Shown here piece after piece: positions 50,695 through 60,635 of a DNA stretch of 64,000 bases (positions are counted from its first letter, which is position 1; each line of letters starts with the position of its first letter). The position numbers and the translations under genes were made by a program. The DNA is from Neoechinorhynchus agilis (taxonomy: Eukaryota > Animalia > Acanthocephala): positions 18,082,784 through 18,146,783 of the forward strand of contig CM121341.1 of assembly GCA_051530055.1 (NCBI GenBank). The letters are read 5' to 3'. A model generated the notes under the pieces. That model was not told the origin of the DNA. It did no database searches and saw nothing but the letters and a program-made list of their open reading frames with translations.

Positions 50695-50929
50695 CGAACA
50701 ATCTAATGTTTGCATATGGCGTAAAAATTAAAAGGATTTATTGGTTCCAATATTTCGGCACAATCTTGTGCCTTTATCAAAGTTGTTTAAGTGTCTTATT
50801 TGCACCAGACACTTAAACAACCTTGATAAAGGCACAAGATTGTGCCGAAATTTTGGAACCAATAAATCCTTTTAATTTTTAAGCCAAATGCAAACGTGAA
50901 CAATTCAATCGTCACACGAACAATCTAAT
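50695..50929. mobile_element. Palindromic element: 89-bp arms, 10-nt loop, 21-nt tail, 13-bp direct repeats
   Basis: Arms 50708-50796 and 50807-50895 with 4 mismatches. cgaacaatctaat occurs at 50695 and 50917. Each arm contains a nested GGCACAA-NN-TTGTGCC palindrome. Confidence 0.85.
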
Positions 50930-51555
50930 ATTATTATGAATATCGACTGTTCTACGAAATGCTCTTTTAATCTACAGAAACTCGCAAATTATCCACTTTT
51001 ATAACCACTGTGAATTATTTACAATGAAATCCATGGGAATGATGTCGGTAATGATGAAAACAACGCAGCTTAAGAACTACTCAAAACACCTACTTAAAGA
51101 CAGATAATAATATACTAGTCAACAGTTGTACTAAATTCGGAATTAATTGCCGCTAATTTGATTGCATTTTAGAGAAAGAGTATATAAGCAAAATGATTTC
51201 ATGCAAAAAATGTTCCTTAAATTTTTTTCTCTGTTTGAAATTTTAACGTTTTTTTCATAATGCTAGATTTAACAAAAAAACTTCCAAGTGGATTCTCTCA
51301 TAATTTATAAATATTTTATGACTTAATTGGAAAGTAATTTTTCGGTTTTAGCAATGGGAGCCCACATTTATGGTATAATTGTGATTGGCCAGTAGCCAAT
51401 CAGAGCACGAGCTTTAAGAAAAGCCACGAGCGTTAGTTGTTAGCAGCGTGAACTGTATACAAACCGGCTAAATAGAACTCTATCTTAGATCAAAAGCTTT
51501 TCAGTAAGTTACTTATGCACTAACACGTTGTTCACTTATTCTCAGCTTTGCAGAA

Positions 51556-52170
51556 ATGATCAACTATTCTAAAGTTTCAAGTTATTTCTCTGAAGAGGAG
51601 TTTCTTCCTTCAGCACCACCGATGCCGAATAATTTCTTAAATATCGCCAAGTACGCAAATTCACAAGAAAATGAAAAATCCCAAGTTATCCACCTCGGCG
51701 AATTCGTTCAACAACACACACCAAAAACAAGGAGAGAAAACTTCGAAGATGAAATGCCAGATTTATGTGGTTCACTCTTTCGACGAATTATTTCGTTTCT
51801 GCTTCTAGCAGTAATCTTCATCGCGATTGGAAACGTGGTTACTCTCGTCAAAATTTACATAACTCTAGAACCAAAAGTCCTGACACCATCGATCGACGTT
51901 CTTCTCAGACCAGACAGCAACATTCAAGTCAACTCTACATTCCATAGGCTGAATCGACCTCGAAGACATGGATACTCCGTCGAGTTTTGGAGTGCCCTTG
52001 CAAGTCTGTCCCTTGCATTGTCTTTGATTATATCGGCTCTTCTTCTCCACATGATTCGGTTTGACATTTTTCACAGGCATAGACAAAATGCCGTTCGCCG
52101 AATAAGCATTGTTGTGAAATATTTGCTCATTATCGTTCTTTTCCTAAACGTAGTTCTCAAATGGGAATGA
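51556..52170 (+). CDS. Orphan membrane protein, 3 predicted TM segments, N-terminal PSAP motif (204 aa)
   Basis: Intact ORF. Hydrophobic stretches IISFLLLAVIFIAIGNVVTLV, FWSALASLSLALSLIISALLL and ISIVVKYLLIIVLFLNVVL. CCAAT boxes lie upstream. Confidence 0.72.
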   Translation: MINYSKVSSYFSEEEFLPSAPPMPNNFLNIAKYANSQENEKSQVIHLGEFVQQHTPKTRRENFEDEMPDLCGSLFRRIISFLLLAVIFIAIGNVVTLVKIYITLEPKVLTPSIDVLLRPDSNIQVNSTFHRLNRPRRHGYSVEFWSALASLSLALSLIISALLLHMIRFDIFHRHRQNAVRRISIVVKYLLIIVLFLNVVLKWE

Positions 52171-53575
52171 ATGTTTTTAAACGTAAAAGTAAATATTTTT
52201 AAATTAATTGTTGGATCTAGCGAAAATTCTTGGAAATTAGCAAACATATGTCCGTTATCTTATAAATTTAAAAGCTAAACCGCAAAAATCAGTTTTTTGA
52301 TTACTCTGAAAAATGAAGGCTTAATTAGCATAAATTAATGTTTATTTTAGACTAGTAATCGCCTAGTGTAACAGATAACAAAATTTATTTATGAGATGCC
52401 CGTGCTACCATCGTAGTGTTTCACACAATTTCTCTGTCGCAGCAGTTAAATATTTGGTGAGAACTCTATAAAATCGTACTTTTAAAGAATCCATTTCATA
52501 AGAAAACTCAAACGTGATTAAAAGGGTTATTATCAAATATTTTTATGCTCTCAAAGCTTCAACAAACTTATCATGATTTTAATTTTCCCGGATCACGATT
52601 TTTTTTATAAATATTGAAATTAAAAATTAAGAAATTAGTCCAAAAATACCCATTGAAAATTTTAACTAAAAAATGAAGGCCTAAGTATTGAAATCGTCCA
52701 CTTGAAAAATCACACTCTTGACTTATTTTCAGATTCAAAGATTGTGAGTCTTACGATATCATAATCGTATTTATTGTTCATTTTTTATTCAAAAGTTAAA
52801 TTGAAGAATAACATGTTCACATTAAAGCACTGATTGAAACTATTGCTGAAAAATTGAAAGCGTCAGTATAGAAAACATCAACTTGAACAATAATACTCTT
52901 GGCTTGTTATTAGATTTTAAGATTGAATCTTACGAATCCTTTAAATATCTGGGTTTCATCGTGCTCTTATTTCTTTTATCGGGTCGTGCGTTGAATTCCG
53001 AGCTCCTGACGATTGAGCAAAATCATAGCCATATGATTTTTTTCTTAATATATTTATTTCTCGAAATTTAAAATAATTCCTTGGAGCAGACGATGACACT
53101 GACGGAAAATTTCAATATCTCAGCTTCACCATGCTTTTATTTATATTAATTTGCAGCGCTTTGTACGAATGCTTGAAAATCCAGCACAATGTCAATAATT
53201 CGAAAATCGGACTTCAAAGAACTTTTGTGCTCGTGTAAATAGGAAGTTCAAAATGACCAAATATTGATTCTTTATTCACCGATGACGATGTAATGCTCTG
53301 AATTTTCTAAACGGACGTCAATTGTCTTGTAAATTGATGTTAACATTTGTTACTCCGATATATCAAGAAAACGTATTTAATTTGAATGACATCAACGCAT
53401 TATTGCATACTTATTTCAATTAGTGCCCAATGAAAGATGCAAAATTAGAATACAGAAATTTTGAAGACTTTTTCAAAGCTAAAAAAACGTAATGTTTTTA
53501 AAACGCAATTATTTATAACGCACTAAATAACTTTTGGTAACACACAACTCCCCATTGAATCCAATTTTCCAACAA

Positions 53576-56215
53576 TCACCACCGTCCGAAAAATCGGAGC
53601 TTCTCTCCCTCCTCCGCTGTCGATATCACGCTAGCAGCATTGCCTCGTTGTACTGCAAGCGAGATATTTTGTCGCAGGAATACACCTGCTCGTGAGTCGC
53701 CGGTGGTTTCTGTAAATTTTTTCGAGAGATCCTGGAGCAGAGTGAGTGCCGAGCTGCCAAGCGCTCCATATGTCTCTACTCCGAAGGTACAAAATAGTGG
53801 AACCCTTGCTAAATAACTATATTTTCGTATCTTTATCCCTTCCGCTGCACTGGCTGCATCTTCAGCGATTTCAAGAGAGTAGGGAATGTTACCTACTGCG
53901 AGGGTGTCCAAACACGTGGCGTCTTGCCACGGAAAGACCGAAATTCCGTCTGGTCGACGACCGTCTAGTCGACAAAGATGGGCGGGTTCCAAGATGTTGG
54001 GGAAGTTCGTCGTTTTAAACGTCCGAGAAATTACGCTATTGATCTCAGAATGGCGTGAGAAACTTCCTCCTGACTTTCGCCAAACGAGGACGTGTCGCCT
54101 GAAAGCAACAACCAAAGACCCACATCGACAGCGATGGGGCGTGCATATCGGGAGAACAAGTGTTAAGGACACTGCAATCCTCGTTATCTCATCAGTGATA
54201 AGAGTTCCCACAGATGCCAGAGGAACAGCCTCCAACTACGCCCCGATTCTCGTGTCGAAGCTGCCAACAATCTAGCTCGGACGACCCAATCGCGAGAACC
54301 TGAAAGTAAAGAGCTGTGAGCTCTCGCGACGAGAGGTCTGTCCCAGATCGACTGTCCGAGGCCATTCACGAGAACATAGTTAGCGACTTTCTGCTGGCAC
54401 CAATCTTCAACTGCCACCACAAAGTCATGGTCAAGACAAAACGTTTCCCTCAGAATTTTTTTCGCTATTGGTTGATTCCCCTCATGTGATCCAAGAAAGG
54501 CTGCCAAGGCAGGGTCTACTAGGGCCCGAATGCCCAATCCTCCAGATGACACAGGCAATGAAGCTTGTCGCCACGCCTCATCTGAGAGCTGGACATTTAA
54601 AATAAGCTTGAGACAAGTCCTCACCTTGTCGTCGAGCTTAGTCAATCCTTCCTTATGTTTGAAGAATGTTGCTGTGTGGACCTTATATAACAATTTGGGA
54701 TAAAGAGTGCGTTCTTTATCAGAAATAGCGCTTCGTGAGCCGAGAGAGGGCTCACCCTATCGCACAGCAACGAAAGTTTCGGTATCATACGGCCGATCTC
54801 AGCTTCCACATTTGAATCAAAGACACAACTACCCAGGAGGCTGATTTGCTCTGGGGTCACGAGTTTCAGACCTGGAGCTGCGGCCTCGAACCCATCCATT
54901 AGCTCCTTGACTTTGACGGCGTCTTCGATATTTAATACTAGGAGCTCACACTTTCCAGCATTGAGCTCAATGCCCTTTCTCGAGATCTCCCTAATCAGCG
55001 TATCCAAATCGCGCAGAACAACGGAGGGATCACCTCCGATGGTAGCGTCATCCAAGTACCAAGCGTTAAAGCTGGAATGGATAGAGTGCGCTATTGGATT
55101 TACTGTTAGGGAGAATGCGATTGGTCCGAGATTATCTCCTTGCTGCACTCCTCTTTCGGACCAAATGAGGCGGTCTTCGAAAAGCAAAGAATTCGCGGTC
55201 CCGTAGGCATTGAGAAAATACTGTAAGGCTTCTGGTGCGTGATCCCTAATTGTGCAGAACATGCTTTCTCTATTGAGAGAGTTAAAGGCATTCTGAAAAT
55301 CACACTTGAGAATCACGCACGGCTCTGAACTCCTCGTAGTAAAATTTCGGAGCATGTGGACAATAGCTTCCGCCTCGCAGGATGTGCAGCATCCCAGTTG
55401 GACTGGGTGAAGTTGCTGTCCGGTTTTCTCTGTGATACGTTTACAGATAATTTTCTCGCAAGGCGGCATATCGTCGAAGATACGGCCATGAGACGAATCC
55501 CACCTTCTTTTTTGTAAGGGCACATAATGATGCTCCGAAAAATAGGTCTTTTGCAACGGGATTCAGGTACTCTCGAGTCAGGCGGTCCACTAACCGAGAA
55601 AGTACACTTTCTAGCGAGAGCTACTTCACCAGTTGTAAAGGACATCATGTCCTTTAGGCGCTGAGGCCTTAGCCCGTCAAGCCCATGGCCCGAACCATTT
55701 ACAAAAGACGAGATGACCTTTTTTAACTCTGAAATTTGGGTTGGTAGTCCTGTCTCGTGTGGGAGGGGTGGAATTTCAAAGCTGCCACTACCGCATGGGT
55801 GTTTTGAAAGGAGTATTTGTAGTGTCGCGTTGTCTCCTTGCGCAAAACTGTCGGAGAATGACAATAACCGAACAGCCCCCCCGAACATCTCCGTCGGCAA
55901 GCTTCGAAGAGATATGTTCAGTCAGGGATCGCTTTGAAAAACGGCAACGAAACCTTCCTTCGTGCGTCCCTAACGAACTTCGCGAAATTTCATTTCGAAA
56001 TTGTTAAATATCTGTTGGAAGGAGGCCACTCTTTCTTTGATTGTTGATGTCAAAAACACCCCAGAATCATCACTGGTGCAAAGGACTAAGCGCGAGAATG
56101 CGAAGTGCAGTGTCCATAATGGCGCACAGTTCTTTTGGAGGCAATCGTTGAGCTATCCCGTAAATGCTTTAGCAACCTGATATCGTGCGTTCTTTGGGTT
56201 CCATTTCAGGACGTT
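53576..56215 (-). mobile_element. Long disrupted CRE-clade element
   Basis: GLDGLRPQRLKD, DFQNAFN, GVQQGDNLGP, AWYLDDAT, CRCG and RLDGRRPDGISVFPW through QRGNAASV...GRW*. Confidence 0.93.
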
Positions 56216-56908
56216 CCTGGACCATAGATTATCAGGAATTTAAAGAATTCTCGGTAATTGCAAATACTATCTCCTTGCATATAATACTAACACATCGCTC
56301 ATCGTATTTTAACGCATACATTTTTTTTATTCAAAATTAAGTTAATTTAATAACTTTTCACCTGCAAATAGGAAAAGTGACATTTTGCGCAAATAATTTA
56401 GCCGAGTGCAATCCTATTTTCATGCCAAAACTTCAATTTCATTATCACCGCTATGAAAGATATCACCAGTGCATTGCTTTTCGAAGGGAAAGGAAATTTC
56501 GAGTGTTCACTATTTAAAAGCTTGGGCATCGACTATTTTCATGGCTAAAATTGATAATAAAATAGCATAATTGTAGAGGAATTGTATGATTTCTTTTAAA
56601 TTTTTATGTGGCAGATTCTAATTATGGACAATAATTATCATGAATTACAGCACTGGAGAGGATAATTTCAGTAGAAAGCCATTTTTAGCTAATGTATAGC
56701 TATTTCGTTAGTAAAATTGAAGAAGATGAGCAGGTGAAGAAGCTTCGCTATTACAAAAGGTATCATTATCTAAACAGCGGCGGCCAATCAGAATGCAAGG
56801 TGATGGGTAATACAGCAATTAACATAATCGCCGTTTTTCTATATTGCCTCAAACATTTCTTCTAAGCCATCCGTTGATTGCTGTACAAAATTTAATATAT
56901 ACCTAGAT

Positions 56909-58276
56909 ATGTACCGTGAATATCTGCATCCAATGAACGAAATGAATTGGCAATATTTTATGTATCAAGACATTGACAAAAACAATATCTCTTTGCCATT
57001 AAATATTTTGTGCAATGGCTATGCGAATTCAAAGTCAGGAGAAGATTCACTATCAAGAAATGTTTCACCGGACTGTTTATCGAATTCGTCCGATAACCAA
57101 TACTACGAAAATTGTCAAGCTACCGAATTTGACAACAACGGCGCTACCATACAAGAAAATTGGTCTAATTGTTATTATTCGCCACCAATACTAAATGCTC
57201 ACAGCAATCAAAATAGCATTGTCATTCATGAAAATGAGACGATTAAAAACGATTTCAAGTCATTTTCACAGCAAAAGGAAATAAGGGATGAAGAATATTT
57301 ATTGTCATACCAAAAATCTACATTGTCTAACTTTTTGCCAAACTTCACTTCAGAACACCCTAATGTCCACCTTTATGAAAACTGTAAGGTAAATAACCCT
57401 GTTGTGGACAACGATAACCAAGCTAACCAAACTACAAAGAGATGTTCGTCAAATTGCAACTTGTCGCCAATAAAACAAACTGCTCACCATAATTATGCGA
57501 ACTTAAACATTTATGAGAATAATTTGCCGTTTAATTTTATCGCAGGAAACAATACAGGCAACCAATCGAATTCTCTGTTAGATCAATACCATTATGATCT
57601 TCAATTTAATCCCGACCTAAAAATATGTCCATGCCCTACTTCGATAGATTTTCCATATGATAAAAGCAATAAGTGTTCTTCGGGCATATATTTTTCAGAA
57701 ACAAAACATAATAAAGAAGTTCAATCGGATTTCAGCACCGATAAACGTTATCAGCCAAGCAATTCAGATTTATTCAATAGCAACGAAGAGTTAAGAATGA
57801 TCTACCCAGATTTGTCTTCAACAACTTTACCGTCAGACACTGAATCCACTTATACTTATGTCCACATTTATGAAAACCGCACACCGGTGAATCCAATTTT
57901 TAGTAATGGCAGGCAACAACGAGCTAAAATAGCTTTAACAAAATGTCAGCACTACGTTTTATGGTTCATTTTAATGTGCTTACTTTTAATTGTTACTGTG
58001 AACACATACTCTCTTAAGGAAATATTACCCCGGCCGCTTCTTATTTTTCAAACAAAGACTACTATATTTCAAAGCTTAAATTGGCTACCTCGCTTACTTA
58101 ACGTTATGTCACTTTGGATTTCGTTGTTCACTGCATCACTGCTTTTAGCTGGACTAAAATTGCATTTGAAGGAAAAGATCGAGCTTCAAAAGGCACGTAG
58201 GCATTACGCCATTGCCTGTTGTCTATTGATAATCCTAACATTAACAAATTCCACGGCATGGCTCATTCCAAAATAA
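56909..58276 (+). CDS. Orphan membrane protein: Asn/Ser-rich N-terminus with repeated Y(E/A)N motifs and 3 C-terminal TM segments (455 aa)
   Basis: 1368-nt uninterrupted ORF. The C-terminal hydrophobic segments align without gaps to ORF 51556. Confidence 0.8.
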   Translation: MYREYLHPMNEMNWQYFMYQDIDKNNISLPLNILCNGYANSKSGEDSLSRNVSPDCLSNSSDNQYYENCQATEFDNNGATIQENWSNCYYSPPILNAHSNQNSIVIHENETIKNDFKSFSQQKEIRDEEYLLSYQKSTLSNFLPNFTSEHPNVHLYENCKVNNPVVDNDNQANQTTKRCSSNCNLSPIKQTAHHNYANLNIYENNLPFNFIAGNNTGNQSNSLLDQYHYDLQFNPDLKICPCPTSIDFPYDKSNKCSSGIYFSETKHNKEVQSDFSTDKRYQPSNSDLFNSNEELRMIYPDLSSTTLPSDTESTYTYVHIYENRTPVNPIFSNGRQQRAKIALTKCQHYVLWFILMCLLLIVTVNTYSLKEILPRPLLIFQTKTTIFQSLNWLPRLLNVMSLWISLFTASLLLAGLKLHLKEKIELQKARRHYAIACCLLIILTLTNSTAWLIPK

Positions 58277-58619
58277 AATAAATTTTGAATAGTATTTTAG
58301 TGTCCTGCAGAAAAAGATGTTATCATAGCTCAAAATACATTATTTATACAGTCGTTGGATAGACGACTTTACAAAAATTTATGTGGAAAGTACTTAAAAA
58401 TTTCTACCTGAAAATTTTATTTAATCCATTTAAGATAAAATGTTACATTGTTTATTCAGTACTGAACTTGTTTTGCAGCAAGGAAAACGAGTAAAATGCT
58501 AATTGCGGTAATATCCGCGTCTTTCGCTGACCTAAACAATTGAGTTCTTTCCAGTAATTTTAGGAAAAGTAAAACTTAGGTTTTTAAATACTACGAATTT
58601 TAAAATCTCATTATACTAG

Positions 58620-59660
58620 TCGTCTTACGCTTAGTCAACCAATTTGCAGGGGACGAGTTGATTCCGAAAGCAATTGAGCTATTTTTCGACGTATATTTGT
58701 GTGCCCTCGCGAAAAAGGAAGGTGAGATTCGTCACATTACAATTGGAACAACTCTGCGCCGCATAAAAGCAAAAATTTTAAATAAAAGGATCGCGGAAAA
58801 AGGGATGCTGTTTTGCCCGACTCAGTTACGCTGCTGTACATCTTGCGGCACAGATGCGATTGTTCATTCACTCCGCACGCTCATCACAAGAAACTCGAAA
58901 CCGTGCGTGATATCGAAATGTGATTTACAAAAATGCATTCAGCATAGTTTACCGAGCAGATTTGCTCGAAGTAGTTAGAGATCACGCATCAGAAGCATTT
59001 CGGTATTTAGTTAATGCCTAATGGGACTTCAACTCCTTGGTTGTTCAATAACCACGTTTTGTGGTCAGAAAGAGGAGTTCAAAAAGGGGATCCTTTTGGC
59101 CCAATAGCCTTCTCACTCGCAGTCAATCCCGTCGCGCACTCTCTCCAGTGTATCTTTAACGGCTGGTACCTGGACGATGCCACGGTCGGAATTAACCCCT
59201 CTGTTGTACTTCGCGATTTGGAGACCGTGAAGGAGACGGCGAAAATTGGCATTGAATTTCATGCTGCGAAATGCGAGATTTTAGTGATGAACTTGCAAAC
59301 TATAGTGAAAGATTTTCAGAAGCTGGCTCCCGGGATAGAATTGATCACTCTAGAGTGGTTGAGTCTTCTAGGAAGCTACATTTTTGGTTCTAATGTTGAA
59401 GCAGAGATTGCCAATCTTCACCCACAACTTTCGGTGCTGTGCGAACGAGTTGATCAATTATCTTCACGTGAGGCTCTGCTTCTGATCAAGAGCATCATCT
59501 TCACTCCAAAATTGTTGTATAAGCTGCGTACAGCACCATTTTTAGACACAAGGATAACTTGCAAAATTAGATGAGATGGTGAAAGCCTCTCTCGCTAAAA
59601 TTTTAAATACTCAACTGTCGGACGAGGCCTTGCGTCAAGCGTCCTTGCCTGTGTCGCCCT
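58620..59660 (+). mobile_element. CRE-clade RT fragment
   Basis: GEIRHITIGTTLRR, GVQKGDPFGP and NGWYLDDAT; same subfamily as the 20 and 33 kb copies. Confidence 0.9.
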
Positions 59661-59922
59661 CCAACATCACCTCGCAAATCGACGGTCCCGCGCACCCGAG
59701 TCAAGGCTACAAACTTAGTTACCCTCATGCCATCCATTTTTAGATGCTTGAGAAGGAGGCTGAGACCTTGAAAATTCGCAATGAAGATTTCAATAATAAA
59801 GTTAGTGTGTAACAATTCGCCATTGAGAATTAAACTCTTTATTGGTATAAAAATTATTCTTTTTGAAAAAGTTTTCGTAAACAAAAACAATATAAAGTAA
59901 ATAATGAAGTTTCAAGGCTGCT

Positions 59923-60090
59923 TTTTTGTAGGCGGAAAATTTAAAAATGTACGCCAATACTCGTTTTGGCCGCATAAACAAAAATATTTTGGAATATGAC
60001 GATCCAAGCAGTAAAAAATCAACGATACAAGATTGTGCCAAAATATCAGAATCAATAAAGTCTTTTAAATTTGCCGCCATATAAAAACAT
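59923..60090. repeat. Diverged relative of the 50.7 kb palindromic element
   Basis: acaagattgtgccaaaatatcagaatcaataaagtcttttaaatttgccgccatat at about 60027-60082 matches the right arm of the 50.7 kb element; the left arm is only partly recognisable. Confidence 0.55.
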
Positions 60091-60291
60091 AAATTTCTGT
60101 TGAAAAGATAATTCATTGTTATTTGTCGATAGAAGAAAATAAATGAAATTAAGATTTTATTGAGGTACAAAGCTTACTAGAAAAATTTTTCTTCGGAAAC
60201 AATCGCTGAAGAAGATCGCAGATAGTGGATCGAAATATCCAATAAAATCTTAATTTCATTTATTTTCTCCTATCGACAAACATAAATTTCT
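60085..60291 (+). mobile_element. Mini-element: 14-bp direct repeats, 41-bp inverted arms, hammerhead-like core
   Basis: aaacataaatttct at 60085 and 60278. Arms 60122-60162 and 60240-60280 with 1 mismatch. Core CTGAAGA-A-GATC-gcagatagtg-GATC-GAAATATC at 60206-60239, followed by CAATAAA. Confidence 0.75.
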
Positions 60292-60635
60292 CCCATGTTT
60301 TATTAAAATTGCAAACGCGTTTGAATTTTTAAATTAAAAGAAAACACGTCGTCCAGCACATAATATAGAAACCTTTCCTAAACTTAATGAGATGTTTATT
60401 TGTCGTGTTCAATAAGTAAACAGATTTTGTAAGCAGCTCAAACCTGAGCATACATTCGGATCAACAAATGATTCCCTCGTGTACAGCCGATTACCATAAA
60501 TTCACCTTTGCAAAACAATAAGCTCAAAACCTAGAAACTTGGTTGTTATCGAGTGACTTCTTCGTAAAGTCTTGCGTTCGAAAGAACTGGCATTTATTTT
60601 AGAATTTCTTCAGGGACTTGTAAACTAGAATCGAA

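Noticed and set aside
22100-53600. A shared insertion target for the CRE elements (such as a spliced-leader or microsatellite site)
   Set aside because: The 3' flanks differ among copies. The only shared flank (18.2 and 38.9 kb) is better explained as element 3' UTR.
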